This document shows positions 1 to 13,714 of a stretch of 64,000 nt of DNA, one piece after another. A program made the translations under genes and the position numbers. Numbering within the stretch: the first letter of the stretch is position 1; each line of letters opens with the position of its first letter. The notes below the pieces were generated by a model. That model saw only the letters and a program-made list of their open reading frames with translations, was not told where the DNA came from and did not search any database. Source of the DNA: Eledone cirrhosa (lineage: Eukaryota); NCBI GenBank assembly GCA_964016885.1, contig OZ024748.1:38068001-38132000 (forward strand). The letters are read 5' to 3'.

Positions 1-138
1 GTAATCTTATTAATCTCTTCTTCTCACGTCCAACTAACCGTTGTTTCACCAAATAAACATACACTCTAGCCATGAACATTCAATAATTCATGACAAACTC
101 ATCGCTTTTATTTCTTCATACTTTTTCTATATGTTATG

Positions 139-436
139 TTTTATTTTTATTTATTTATTTTTATTTTATTTTATTTTATTTTATTTTATTTTATTTTATT
201 TTATTTTTATTTTTATTTATATTATTTTATTTTATTTTATTTTATTTTATTTTATTTTATTTTATTTTATTTTATTTTATTTTATTTTATTTTATTTTAT
301 TTTATTTTATTTTTATTTTATTTCTATTTATTTTATCTTATTTTATTTTATTTTATTTTATTTTGTTTTATTTTATTTTATTTTTATTTCTATTTATTTT
401 ATTTTATTTTATTTTATTTTATTTTATTTTATTTTT
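139..436. repeat. (TTTTA)n microsatellite
   Basis: Pentamer run seen directly; explains the F/I/L/Y ORFs. Confidence 0.95.
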
Positions 437-581
437 AAACATTCAAGATTTTAATCCCGGATAATAATATTTATTCTAAATGATTCTGGCAAAGAAACCG
501 ACATTTTCAAATCGTCGGTTGGTTTGGCTGTTTAAATATTTATTGTTTTATAAATTAATACGTAGGTGTGTGTGTTGTAGA

Positions 582-1071
582 GGTAGGATGGTGGAATGGT
601 AGGATGGTGGAATGGTCGGATGGTGGAATGGTAGGATGGTGGAATGGTCGGATGGTGGAATGGTAGGATGGTGGAATGGTAGGATGGTGGAATGGTCGGA
701 TGGTGGAATGGTCGGATGGTGGAATGGTAGGATGGTGGAATGGTAGGATGGTGGAATGGTAGGATGGTGAAATGGTCGGATGGTGGAATGGTCGGATGGT
801 GGAATGGTAGGATGGTGGAATGGTAGTATGATGGAATGGTAGGATGGTGGAATGGTCGGATGGTGGAATGGTCGGATGGTGGAATGGTAGGATGGTGGAA
901 TGGTAGGATGGTGGAATGGTCGGATGGTGGAATGGTCGGATGGTGGAATGGTCGGATGGTAGAATGGTAGGATGGTGGAATGGTAGGATGGTGGAATGGT
1001 AGGATGGTGGAATGGTCGGATGGTGGAATGGTAGGATGGTGGAATGGTAGGATGGTGGAATGGTAGGATGG
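582..1071 (+). repeat. 16-bp minisatellite GGTMGGATGGTGGAAT, about 30 copies
   Basis: Tandem units with an A/C variant at position 4. Confidence 0.95.
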
Positions 1072-1114
1072 TTGGATAGTTGGATACAGCTGCGAAAGAA
1101 TGGAGAATAGAAGC

Positions 1115-1601
1115 GGTGATGATGGTGGTGGTGGTAGTGATGGTTGTGGTGGTCTTAGTTGTGGTGGTGGTGGTGGTGATGGTGGTGGTGCCGGTAGTGG
1201 TGGTGGTAGTGATGGTGGTGGTGTTGGTTGCGGTGGTGGTGGTGGTGGTAGAGGTGGTGGTGGTGGTGCTGGTGGTGATGGTTGTGGTGGTGGTGGTCGT
1301 CGTGGTCGTGGTGTTGGTGGTCGTGGTGTTGGTTGTGGTGGTGATGGTGGTGGTGGTGGTGGTGATGATAGTTTTGGTGGTGGTGGTGATGATGGTGGTG
1401 GTGTTAGTTGTGGTGGTGATGATGGTGGTGGTGGTGGTGGTGGTGGTGGTGGTATTGGTGGTGGTAGCGATGGTGGTGGTGGTGGTGGTGTGGTGGTGGT
1501 GATGGTGTTGGTGGTGGTGGTGGTGGTAGTGATGATGGTGGTGGTGTTAGTTGTGGTGGTGATGGTGGTGGTGCCGGTAATAGTGGTAGTGGTGGTGGTG
1601 G
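1115..1601. repeat. (GGT)n-type trinucleotide repeat
   Basis: Seen directly. Confidence 0.9.
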
Positions 1602-1847
1602 GAGGATATGAAAGAGATATTTCCTTCTTAAAGTGGAACCTGGACTATGATCACGTCTAATATATCAACTGAACTATTACAGAGAGAGAGGAGGGCGAGG
1701 AGGAGGTGGTTGAAGTGGAGGAGGGGGATGTGGAAGATGATGAGGTTAAGGATGATTATGAGGGGAGGGGAGAAAGAACCCTGTATTACCGTCCAGACGA
1801 GACTGTGTCCTATCTACATGGACATACAATGTGTTAGACGAGATAAT

Positions 1848-2032
1848 TGTTTCTACTTTAGGCACAAGGCCAGCACATACCCAGTGTATTACTGGTACTT
1901 TATTTTATCGACCCCATGAGGATGAAAGGCAAAGTTAACCTCGGCGGGATTTGAACTCAGAGTGTAAAGGGACGTAACTATGCTAGAAAGCATGGCGTCC
2001 AACCCTCTACCGATACTGCCAATTCACCGCCC
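1848..2032 (-). mobile_element. tRNA-derived SINE family 1, full length, with 14-bp target-site duplication
   Basis: Minus strand has A-box-like TGGCAGTATCGG and B-box GAGTTCAAATC. TTAGACGAGATAAT flanks it at 1834-1847 and 2033-2046. Homologous to 55925-56123. Confidence 0.9.
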
Positions 2033-2708
2033 TTAGACGAGATAATATCCGGTAATTGCAAACAGACGTCATTCTGGGACATTTTCAGGAAGTGTCATCA
2101 TGGGCATGTTCCTAATTGTTGACCACGGAAGTGTCAAAGACAAAGTCAGTTTCGGCCAGATATGCAATATGGACGTAAAAGGCCGTAACTAAATATTTTG
2201 TCCACCATTTTACAAATTCTGGCAATCAATAGGAACTGTTTGTACCTTTGGTCCAAGGCCACCAGTTTGAAAGGAAAGGAAAGTAGACTAAATTGACACG
2301 AGTGCGTTAATGAAAGACCAGGTTGGGTGGAGCTTGTGAGTAAAGTGCCGGAACAAACACCTTTAACCATTTTCTCAACTGTTCAAAAGATTGTAATACT
2401 TCACTGCTTTACAAAGATGGGATACTCGTCCGAACATCGATAATCGGATGATTCATTGCTTTACAAAGATGAGATACTTTTCGAAACAGCCATACTCGAA
2501 CAATTCACTGCTTTACACACTCGTGTGTGTATGTGTGTGCTTATAAATTTGTGTATGTGTGTATTGTGTGCATGTGTATGTATTATGTGTTTGTGTGTGT
2601 TGTGTGTGTGAGTGTGGTGAAATTCTTTCTGATTAACACATATCTTTCAGATGTTGAGAAGGGTTTTTTTTGTTGATGCCAATAACATACATGTCAAAGA
2701 TGTTTGTG

Positions 2709-2764
<56 letters not shown>

Positions 2765-3109
2765 GTGTGGGTGTGTGAGCGTGTGCGTCACCATGTGTGT
2801 GTGTGTATGCGTGTATATGTGTGTGTGTACATGTAAATGTGTGAGCGTATGAGTATATGTATGAGCATGTGTGTGTGTATATGTATGTGTTAGCATGTGT
2901 TTGTATATGGACGTGTGTGTGTGTGTATATATATGTATATGTGTGAACGTGTGTGTATATATGTATGTGTGTGAACATGTGTGTATATATGTATGTGTGT
3001 GTACATGTGTATTTAATGAAGATGTTTCTGAATTTGTGTCATTTTGTGAATGTTTTGTTGTGCGCAATATTATATCAGAATTTTAAAAGTACCTACTACA
3101 TAGATAACA

Positions 3110-3611
3110 ACCACTACTTCCACCACCACCACCATCACCACTACCACAACTACCACCACTACCACCACCATCACCACTACCACAACTACCACCACCACCA
3201 CTACCACCACAACCACAACTACCACAACTACCACCACTACCACTACCACCAACACCACCACTACTACCACCACCACTACCACCACCACCACTACCACCAC
3301 CACTACCACTACCACCACCACTACCACCACTACCACGACCACTACCACCACTACCACCTACCACCACCACTACCACTACCACCACCACTACCACCACCAC
3401 TACCACCACCACTACCACCACCACCACCTACCACCACCACTACCACCACCACTACCACCACCACTACCACCACCACTACCACCGCCACCACCACCACTAC
3501 CACCACCACTACCACCACCACTACCACCACCACCACCACTACTACCACCACCACCACCACCACCACTACCACCACCATCACCATCACTACCACCATTACT
3601 GCCACCACCAT

Positions 3612-3649
<38 letters not shown>

Positions 3650-3650
3650 C
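3110..3650. repeat. (CCA/CTA)n followed by (CAA)n
   Basis: Seen directly. Confidence 0.9.
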
Positions 3651-3922
3651 GTGTGACAGAAATGGTAAGAAAGCAATTAGTTTTCATGTTGACAAGAATT
3701 CATTCTTGAAATACACAGCTGTTTGTTGTTTTATTAAATGATGTGTGTGTGTGCGTTTCCAGGGTATATGTTTATATTTGTCTGTGTGTGCGTATATGTG
3801 TGTGTGTGTGTGTGTCTGTCTGTTTTTGTGTATGTGTTTGTGTATTTATGTTTGTGTGTGTTTATCGGAATACCTTACTGATGACGATGGTGATGACGGT
3901 AGTAATTATTATATATATGTAT

Positions 3923-3991
<69 letters not shown>

Positions 3992-4208
3992 GTTACACAC
4001 ATATGTGTGGTTACACACATGTAAAAATTATCTCCTGTGATTATTCATGTTTATATATATGTTAATCAATTTCTAGTTATTATAAAATGCTCGGACCTAC
4101 TCGTTAGAATCTTGGAGCTTATTTTCCGGGTGATATGGCGCATGTCTTTCTGGCATGACACCCATAATTTTGATTTGGATTAAATTCATTTAATTTATCT
4201 TAATTTTG

Positions 4209-4243
<35 letters not shown>

Positions 4244-4254
4244 ATGTGTGTATG

Positions 4255-4291
<37 letters not shown>

Positions 4292-4344
4292 CTCTTTTTT
4301 TTTTATTTTATTTTTATTTATTTATTATTATTTTTTTTTTCTCG

Positions 4345-4381
4345 TGCAATGGCCATACTCGATAACGAGGGGGCAGCCATC
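4345..4381 (+). mobile_element. Isolated 3'-terminal stem-loop of an RTE-like LINE (extreme 5' truncation)
   Basis: ATGGCCATACTCGATAACGAGGGGGCAGCCAT matches the hairpin at 63903-63934 and is followed by a simple-repeat tail. Confidence 0.55.
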
Positions 4382-4523
4382 ATATATATATATGTATGTA
4401 GGAGGTGAGTTTTATTGTAGTACAATAAAGCAATGCAGATATCGGATAAGAAGCACTCTACAGTTTGTGGGACTGGAGTATGCATAATATAAGATCAAAA
4501 GATGGTTAAAGGAGTTCAATATA

Positions 4524-4591
4524 TTTTATTATGCGCATTTCAAAAACAAACATCATCAAACAATAATATTTGTGTTTTCATCAGATAAAAC
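4524..4591 (-). ncRNA. Type I hammerhead ribozyme in the PLE terminal repeat
   Basis: UUUUAU-CUGAUGA-aaaca..uguuuu-GAAA-UGCGCA-UA/AUAAAA; palindromic stem III AUGCGCAU. Confidence 0.8.
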
Positions 4592-5821
4592 AGGAGAACA
4601 TGATATGAAGGCTAAAAAAACACTTGTTGATAGTGCAGTTTTAAATCAACATATGAAAAGTGGTTTTAGATTGATGTGTGATATTGGGAAAAATATTTTA
4701 TTTAGAGAGGGGGGGGAGAGAAAAGGATGAAAAGGGAAGGAGATGAGAGGGAGAGATGGGTGATAGAGAGAAAGAGATAGTTTTTATAACAGAGAGGAGA
4801 TATATTTTATATAGAGGGGTTGAAAACCGTTGGAAGATACTGTATAAATTAAAAATTTTGAAAATTAACGAAGGGAGGATATGTGCGAGGAAAAAATATA
4901 TTATATTTAGGGAGGGGTGGGGGTGGAAAGGATGAAAAAAAGGGGAGGAGATGAGAGTGAGGGTGGAAAGGGAGAGATGGGTGATAGAGAGAAAGAGATA
5001 GTTTTTATAACTGAGAAAAAGATATAATGTTTTAATATAGAGAGGTTGGGAACCGTTGGAAGATAATGTATAAATTAAAGGAATTTGAAAATTAACGAAG
5101 GGAAATTATGTATGGAGATAGAGAGAAAAAATAACGAAGGGAGATTATGTATGGAGATAGAGAGAAAAAAAATAATGATTGTGGGTGAATATTCAAAAGG
5201 AGAAATGTAGGAATCTTAAAATTAGCAAAGAGAAAATGTTTATGTATAGGATTTGAGAAAAATAATGTGAAGTTAAAGTTTTTATATTGAATTCATATGT
5301 ATTAATAATGAGTTCGTTGATGGGGAGAAAAAAATAATAATAAATTAAGGATGAAATTGAGATTAAAAAGATTTATGATAGAGAGAAAAAATAATAATGA
5401 TTGCGGATGAATACTCAAAATGTCAAAAACAAATGTTATTGTTTTACGAAGAGATATAATGAGGGTGATGAGTAAACGGGTATTATAGAGTGTATAATGC
5501 CCTTTAAAGTAAGGTAGATGGGTATATTTTAAAGAATATATGAGTATATATTAAAAAAAATATATAATAATAAATTAAGGATGAAATTGAGATTAAAAAG
5601 ATTTATGATAGAGGGAAAAAAATAATAATGATTGCGGATGAATATTCAAAATGTCAAAAACAAATGTTATTGTTTTACGAGAAGATAGGATGAGGTAAAT
5701 GAATAAACGAGTACTATAGATTGTATAATGCCCTTTAAGGTAAGGTAGATGGGTATATTTTAAAGAGGTGTATGTATATGTGCCTTTGAGAAAAGATTCT
5801 AAATTGATAAAGAATTGAATA

Positions 5822-7789
5822 TTAACTGTATACTTTGTGAAAAGTTCTATGGAATTTATGCAGGCAGATGGAAAACAAATCCGAGCGTCTATTTATTATG
5901 GATTCTAGGTTAGAGATAATGGTAAATTTTTCATTTAGGCAGAGATTACAGATTTTAGATAGAGAACTGTTCAAGTACGAGGATGCAGAAGAAATCTTTT
6001 TCCAAAAGATGTTATATTTAATGTTTTTGTCTTTTAAGGACCATATGAGTTCTGAGAGAGCAGTGTTAGTTCTTTTAAGTTTGTATTTGAAAGATGAATG
6101 ATGATTATAGAGACGAGCTTTAAAAGAGGTGGAAGTGGAGCCAAAATAGGTGAAGGAGTTGGTGCTAGTTATAATTTTACATTCATAAATTAAGTTTTTA
6201 TCGAGGCAATGGTTGTTGAGAGGACATTTATTTTTAATGCGGCAGTTGCAATTAGAGAGATTATTAATGAGTGATCTAGTGTTATCTATAGAAGGAATTG
6301 GATTGGAGAAGTTGTTTGCGATAGGAATAATAGGAATAATAGTTTCTTGATTTAGAGTTGGATTATGAACATTTAGCGAAGTTGTGTTTGACGTTGCATT
6401 TGGGTTTACAGAAGTTAGCCTAGGGTTTACAATGACGTCAGGAGTACTATTATTGTTATTATGAGATTCAATATTGGAAGGAAGAGATTTAGTATTTAAT
6501 ATTTTGTTGTTGTGTTTAGAAATGATGTTGGAAATATTGGAGGATGTAGAATACGAAAATTTAATGGTGTGTTTGTTAAATATTTTACTATAGATATGTG
6601 AGGGAGGGAAGCATTTATTTAAGGCACTAAAAAATAATTTAGGAATATTGTTATTAATAGAGATGGAGAAAGGAGCATTATACCAGATTATGTTTTTGTA
6701 TCTAGGTCTTTTATTAAAATTATTGGAATGGTTATGATTAAATATTCTACTGTAAGTTTTCCTAGAATTTGTTTCTTTATTATATTTGATTTTATCTGGA
6801 TAGCCAGCTTTAGAAAGTGCGTTATTGTAGTAATTGGCCTTAGCATCAAAGATGTTTTTATTAGAAGATATGTTAGATATTCTATTTCCAATATTATTAA
6901 CTATAGCATTCTTGATATTGGTAGGATGGTTAGATTTAAAGTTAACATAATTAAGATTCTCATTGTTTTTATGGTAAGGGTAATATAGGCCAGTGTCAAG
7001 ATTAAGAGATACATCCAAGAAATTAGCTAGTTTGGTACTATTATCAAATTCAATTTTTAGGTTATGTTGGTTAAAGAGATTACGTATATTGTTCTTAATA
7101 ATATTAAGTTTAACTATATTGCAATTTAGGATAGTAAAGAGTCCATCGTCACGATAAATTCCACCGCGAAGTTGAGGAATTTTCCGACTCAAAGAGTTCA
7201 AAATGAAGATACCAATTAAATCAGTCAATTGGGATGAATCGGATGCTCCCATTGTGATGTCGAAGTTGTTAGAGGTATCGGCTCTGGTCCAATATTCGTT
7301 GTTGAACTCTAGGATGGTTTTACGTGCGGTGAGGATGATGTGAAGTTCATCTGTGGTGATGTCAGAATATTTAAGTGCGAAAGATAGAGCATTATTGAGA
7401 AGTGAAGGCGAAATGGAGGAATAGTAGCTGGCAATATCGAATTGAATAAATTTTAGTTTGTTTTTATTATCCAATTTGTTGAACCAGCCAATCACTTCAG
7501 AAGTACCAAACCATAAATTTAGGTTTAAAGAAGAGCAATTAGAACTAACCTGTGGGATAATCCTATCCAAGATGGCTTTACTAACAACCCCCAGATCAGA
7601 TTTAGAGGGGGCGATTAATCTAACAGGTAGTTCAGTGCGAAAATTGTTTTTGTGATCCTTGAGATTTATCCTCGGAGTTCTTGGGAGGAATGGTTCGGTC
7701 TTTTTTTCAATGCCAAGTTTTGACATAATCTCATAGGCTTCAAGGTTTATGCATTCTAAATTTTCATGGTTGGTTTTACGATACATCAT
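5822..7789 (-). CDS. PLE reverse transcriptase plus C-terminal GIY-YIG endonuclease, 5'-truncated, open frame
   Basis: RT motifs FDIASYYSSI, MGASDSS, YRDDG, FLDV. Cys linker CNCRIKNKCPLNNHC. GIY-YIG LIY..YFG..FKARLYNH. C-terminal CNLC..EK..H. Confidence 0.93.
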   Translation of the reverse strand: MMYRKTNHENLECINLEAYEIMSKLGIEKKTEPFLPRTPRINLKDHKNNFRTELPVRLIAPSKSDLGVVSKAILDRIIPQVSSNCSSLNLNLWFGTSEVIGWFNKLDNKNKLKFIQFDIASYYSSISPSLLNNALSFALKYSDITTDELHIILTARKTILEFNNEYWTRADTSNNFDITMGASDSSQLTDLIGIFILNSLSRKIPQLRGGIYRDDGLFTILNCNIVKLNIIKNNIRNLFNQHNLKIEFDNSTKLANFLDVSLNLDTGLYYPYHKNNENLNYVNFKSNHPTNIKNAIVNNIGNRISNISSNKNIFDAKANYYNNALSKAGYPDKIKYNKETNSRKTYSRIFNHNHSNNFNKRPRYKNIIWYNAPFSISINNNIPKLFFSALNKCFPPSHIYSKIFNKHTIKFSYSTSSNISNIISKHNNKILNTKSLPSNIESHNNNNSTPDVIVNPRLTSVNPNATSNTTSLNVHNPTLNQETIIPIIPIANNFSNPIPSIDNTRSLINNLSNCNCRIKNKCPLNNHCLDKNLIYECKIITSTNSFTYFGSTSTSFKARLYNHHSSFKYKLKRTNTALSELIWSLKDKNIKYNIFWKKISSASSYLNSSLSKICNLCLNEKFTIISNLESIINRRSDLFSICLHKFHRTFHKVYS

Positions 7790-7791
7790 TG

Positions 7792-9318
7792 GAACTTCAC
7801 ATCATCCTCACCGCACGTAAAACCATCCTAGAGTTCAACAACGAATATTGGACCAGAGCCGATACCTCTAACAACTTCGACATCACAATGGGAGCATCCG
7901 ATTCATCCCAATTGACTGATTTAATTGGTATCTTCATTTTGAACTCTTTGAGTCGGAAAATTCCTCAACTTCGCGGTGGAATTTATCGTGACGATGGACT
8001 CTTTACTATCCTAAATTGCAATATAGTTAAACTTAATATTATTAAGAACAATATACGTAATCTCTTTAACCAACATAACCTAAAAATTGAATTTGATAAT
8101 AGTACCAAACTAGCTAATTTCTTGGATGTATCTCTTAATCTTGACACTGGCCTATATTACCCTTACCATAAAAACAATGAGAATCTTAATTATGTTAACT
8201 TTAAATCTAACCATCCTACCAATATCAAGAATGCTATAGTTAATAATATTGGAAATAGAATATCTAACATATCTTCTAATAAAAACATCTTTGATGCTAA
8301 CGCCAATTACTACAATAACGCACTTTCTAAAGCTGGCTATCCAGATAAAATCAAATATAATAAAGAAACAAATTCTAGGAAAACTTACAGTAGAATATTT
8401 AATCATAACCATTCCAATAATTTTAATAAAAGACCTAGATACAAAAACATAATCTGGTATAATGCTCCTTTCTCCATCTCTATTAATAACAATATTCCTA
8501 AATTATTTTTTAGTGCCTTAAATAAATGCTTCCCTCCCTCACATATCTATAGTAAAATATTTAACAAACACACCATTAAATTTTCGTATTCTACATCCTC
8601 CAATATTTCCAACATCATTTCTAAACACAACAACAAAATATTAAATACTAAATCTCTTCCTTCCAATATTGAATCTCATAATAACAATAATAGTACTCCT
8701 GACGTCATTGTAAACCCTAGGCTAACTTCTGTAAACCCAAATGCAACGTCAAACACAACTTCGCTAAATGTTCATAATCCAACTCTAAATCAAGAAACTA
8801 TTATTCCTATTATTCCTATCGCAAACAACTTCTCCAATCCAATTCCTTCTATAGATAACACTAGATCACTCATTAATAATCTCTCTAATTGCAACTGCCG
8901 CATTAAAAATAAATGTCCTCTCAACAACCATTGCCTCGATAAAAACTTAATTTATGAATGTAAAATTATAACTAGCACCAACTCCTTCACCTATTTTGGC
9001 TCCACTTCCACCTCTTTTAAAGCTCGTCTCTATAATCATCATTCATCTTTCAAATACAAACTTAAAAGAACTAACACTGCTCTCTCAGAACTCATATGGT
9101 CCTTAAAAGACAAAAACATTAAATATAACATCTTTTGGAAAAAGATTTCTTCTGCATCCTCGTACTTGAACAGTTCTCTATCTAAAATCTGTAATCTCTG
9201 CCTAAATGAAAAATTTACCATTATCTCTAACCTAGAATCCATAATAAATAGACGCTCGGATTTGTTTTCCATCTGCCTGCATAAATTCCATAGAACTTTT
9301 CACAAAGTATACAGTTAA
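7792..9318 (+). pseudogene. Inverted, further 5'-truncated copy of the same PLE ORF
   Basis: Identical to 5822-7348 except one visible K/N change (FDAKANY vs FDANANY). No genuine start codon. Confidence 0.9.
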
Positions 9319-10548
9319 TATTCAATTCTTTATCAATTTAGAATCTTTTCTCAAAGGCACATATACATACACCTCTTTAAAATATACCCATCTACCTTAC
9401 CTTAAAGGGCATTATACAATCTATAGTACTCGTTTATTCATTTACCTCATCCTATCTTCTCGTAAAACAATAACATTTGTTTTTGACATTTTGAATATTC
9501 ATCCGCAATCATTATTATTTTTTTCCCTCTATCATAAATCTTTTTAATCTCAATTTCATCCTTAATTTATTATTATATATTTTTTTTAATATATACTCAT
9601 ATATTCTTTAAAATATACCCATCTACCTTACTTTAAAGGGCATTATACACTCTATAATACCCGTTTACTCATCACCCTCATTATATCTCTTCGTAAAACA
9701 ATAACATTTGTTTTTGACATTTTGAGTATTCATCCGCAATCATTATTATTTTTTCTCTCTATCATAAATCTTTTTAATCTCAATTTCATCCTTAATTTAT
9801 TATTATTTTTTTCTCCCCATCAACGAACTCATTATTAATACATATGAATTCAATATAAAAACTTTAACTTCACATTATTTTTCTCAAATCCTATACATAA
9901 ACATTTTCTCTTTGCTAATTTTAAGATTCCTACATTTCTCCTTTTGAATATTCACCCACAATCATTATTTTTTTTTCTCTCTATCTCCATACATAATCTC
10001 CCTTCGTTATTTTTTCTCTCTATCTCCATACATAATTTCCCTTCGTTAATTTTCAAATTCCTTTAATTTATACATTATCTTCCAACGGTTCCCAACCTCT
10101 CTATATTAAAACATTATATCTTTTTCTCAGTTATAAAAACTATCTCTTTCTCTCTATCACCCATCTCTCCCTTTCCACCCTCACTCTCATCTCCTCCCCT
10201 TTTTTTCATCCTTTCCACCCCCACCCCTCCCTAAATATAATATATTTTTTCCTCGCACATATCCTCCCTTCGTTAATTTTCAAAATTTTTAATTTATACA
10301 GTATCTTCCAACGGTTTTCAACCCCTCTATATAAAATATATCTCCTCTCTGTTATAAAAACTATCTCTTTCTCTCTATCACCCATCTCTCCCTCTCATCT
10401 CCTTCCCTTTTCATCCTTTTCTCTCCCCCCCTCTCTAAATAAAATATTTTTCCCAATATCACACATCAATCTAAAACCACTTTTCATATGTTGATTTAAA
10501 ACTGCACTATCAACAAGTGTTTTTTTAGCCTTCATATCATGTTCTCCT

Positions 10549-10616
10549 GTTTTATCTGATGAAAACACAAATATTATTGTTTGATGATGTTTGTTTTTGA
10601 AATGCGCATAATAAAA
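10549..10616 (+). ncRNA. Type I hammerhead ribozyme (mirror copy)
   Basis: CTGATGA at 10556, GAAA at 10599, predicted cleavage after AUA at 10610. Confidence 0.8.
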
Positions 10617-11140
10617 TATATTGAACTCCTTTAACCATCTTTTGATCTTATATTATATGTATGTATGTATATATACAGAGAGAGAGAGCAGCAAACATCA
10701 TCGTTATCTTAAGGGATGTAACTAAATCTCACATGTAATGTTTGGCATTCAATAAGGCCGTGATATTAATGCAACTTTATTTCATCCTCTCCCTAAAATT
10801 ATAAATAACAAAGCTGGTATGACCTCAGCAGGATTTCAGCCAGAAGAAATACCATAATGATATTATGTCCGATGTTCTTATTATTAATCTTCAGGACGTC
10901 AATAACTAACATCAATAACTAAGCAGACCTGTAATAAAAGGTGTGCTTGTTTGGCCATCCCGTCCTCTTTTTATTCAAATAATTTATTTAAGACATTATC
11001 TAACGTGTCTGACATCCATGGTAGCACAAGTCACGCACCACACCAATCACACAAAAAAAAATGTTTTTGTAAGAGACGATAATAGGTTATTTTATTAACA
11101 TAACGTTGCTTATCACAAAATTATTGTAACTAAAAAATGG

Positions 11141-11335
11141 TTACAATAATTGTTCAAACTGATTTACTGATTTGCCTCACATTCTTTACATTTATGAACA
11201 CGAAACCAAAGAGAACTTTGTAGAATTATTCAAGACTTTTGTGTCAGTCTTTGTACATTGAACTCTTAGGTTTTCTGCTAATTCTTCAATATTTCTCAAA
11301 CGAGTTGTATAGACAACAGACTTAACAAGTCTGAA
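11141..11335 (-). pseudogene. Degenerate Tc1/mariner-superfamily transposase C-terminus
   Basis: Hand translation LVKSVVYTTRLRNIEEL...QFEQLL* resembles the LKSKVY..PRNIEEL...HFEHLL ending of these transposases; internal stops present. Confidence 0.5.
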
Positions 11336-11884
11336 GATATTTTAAAGGGAAATCTGGCTGCAATCTTTTGTAGATTAAGGTTAACAAGACAAGCCCTAAT
11401 TTTTTTTTAATTTATAATTTGATAAAAGGTAACATTTCTACCAGGTGACAGTTAGCGGCTGTCGTTTGAAGATCAGGTGTATTAATTACTATTACGTATC
11501 TTATCCATGTTAACTTACAGGTGACAGCTTTAAACTTAACATTGTAAATCATTTAACGTAGATAATTGGGGTCTCGAAACTCATCAACGTACCTCTATTA
11601 TACGAGAGGCCGCCATAATGTACTCACGAAGGTGACTACTTGGTTAGAATTAATAATAAGTATAGTATATTGAAATGACAAGTTAGTTTATATATTCCTC
11701 GCTTTAGATGGAACCTGATATAAGTCTGAAGTAACTTATGTAAAGTAGGAATGGCAGTTTACAAATATAATGGAGATTTCACTGTAACTAGGTGTCTGTT
11801 TAGATGGATACATATATGTATACATATATGTATACAAGCGTATATACATATATACATAAATACATATATATTATTTATATATAT

Positions 11885-12096
<212 letters not shown>

Positions 12097-12266
12097 GATA
12101 GATAGATAGATAGATATATAATATATCTATATATATATGTAAGTGTTAATTCAATATCTTGAATTGCATCATTTACATTATATTTGCTGTGGATCTGATA
12201 AATTCAAACTCACGGAAGTCTCCATTAAACTTCTGCACAGAAATACATTCCTGCTGTGTTTATTAT

Positions 12267-12303
<37 letters not shown>

Positions 12304-12634
12304 TTTATGTTTATATACAAACACGTATATATATATATATAGGATTATGTATATACATATATAATATATACATATATAATATACACATATATATGTATAT
12401 ATAGGATTATGTATATACAGACATGATATTCATCTGGGGATAGATAGATATATTTATGTATGTATGTGTGTCTACATTCAAATTGCTCTCTCTATATAAA
12501 ATATTCAATTAAAAGCTTTCATTTGATAACTGCCACCCGTAGTCATTCTTTCTAAATCATATCAGATATCATATACACCGAGAAATATATAAATGTGGGA
12601 TATCACGGGAGTCTTATTCCATATGTGCGTGTGT

Positions 12635-12765
12635 GAAGGTGAATGGCTCAGTGGTTAGAGCATTGGGCTTGCAATAGGGTGGTTGTGAGTTCGATTCTCG
12701 CACCAGGTGATACATTATGTCCTTGAGCAAGACACTTTAATTCACGTTGCTCCTGTTCACTCAGT
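12635..12765 (+). mobile_element. tRNA-derived SINE family 2, 3'-truncated
   Basis: A box TGGCTCAGTGG, B box GAGTTCGATTC, CORE-like TGTCCTTGAGCAAGACACTT. Confidence 0.8.
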
Positions 12766-12813
12766 ATGTGGCTTTCAATCTATTTATTATTCTATATCCT
12801 ATTTCTAACTCTA

Positions 12814-12849
12814 TCTTCTGATGAAGGACTAGTGTCCGAAATGTTAAGA
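12814..12849 (+). ncRNA. Minimal type I hammerhead in a PLE terminal-repeat fragment
   Basis: UCUU-CUGAUGA-A-GGAC uagu GUCC-GAAA-UG-UU/AAGA. Confidence 0.75.
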
Positions 12850-12933
12850 CTCTTCCAGCTATTTCAAGCGTTAAACTAATATATTTCTTCCATGAACTGT
12901 GTCATTTGTTTTGTTATTTTTGTTATTACTTCT

Positions 12934-12964
<31 letters not shown>

Positions 12965-13323
12965 CAAACACACATATGTGTGTGTGTGTGTGTGTGTGTG
13001 TGTATACATATATCTATCTATGTGTGTATATATATATGTGTGTATGTAGGAAAATAAATATGCAAGCTAGTAAAAACGCTTCGTACATGCAAATATGCAT
13101 GGCGGCCATTTTCCGTGTATCTAAGTAGGATGTCCAGTTGAATGTTAGCAGGGTACAATAGAAAACAAATCTTCTATTGGTTGATTAATATCGATTAGGG
13201 ACAGTTCTATCTATTCTCACTGCTCTAGACAATGTTTTCTTAATGACATCCGCTCTATTGTCGTTTAATGGACATCAACTTCCCCTCCTGCTGCGCAACA
13301 CCTGAAGGGCATCTACATATGTA

Positions 13324-13361
<38 letters not shown>

Positions 13362-13683
13362 TAATAATAATAATCAGGAACTGACGTCCAATATAAGATC
13401 AATATATTGTATACACATATATACATATATATACACTATATATAAATGCATACACATTTTTGGTACAGGTAATCAAAGTGTGTATACATTTTGAGGGGAC
13501 ACCCTGTATATGCACACACACACACACAGACAACACAAACATACACACACACACACATATATATGTGTGTGTGTATATATAATTATCTAGTGAACTACAA
13601 GAACACTGGCTTATCGGAAAACCTGCTGCTCAGCTGTTGCTCAATACACACACAAACACACACACACACACACAATCATACAG

Positions 13684-13714
<31 letters not shown>

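Larger units (their letters stand above)
4392..10656. mobile_element. Penelope-like element forming a 6.2-kb asymmetric palindrome
   Basis: Arms 4484-7348 and 7792-10656 are near-identical inverted copies (coordinates sum to 15140). Spacer is 7349-7791. The ~92-nt 3' tail (4392-4483) is only on the left arm. Confidence 0.95.

Noticed and set aside
2050-2400. Possible host exon or 74-aa ORF in unique sequence
   Set aside because: No recognisable domain and ambiguous splice signals.
7789-7791. Start codon for the 509-aa plus-strand ORF
   Set aside because: TTG created at the inversion junction; the protein begins mid-RT.
12635-12710. tRNA gene (also at 17461, 35323 and 55925)
   Set aside because: A and B boxes are present but there is no intact cloverleaf, and SINE bodies follow.
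13465-13509. Tiny Tc1-like TIR pair ending GGACACCCTGTA
   Set aside because: Too short and degenerate to call.
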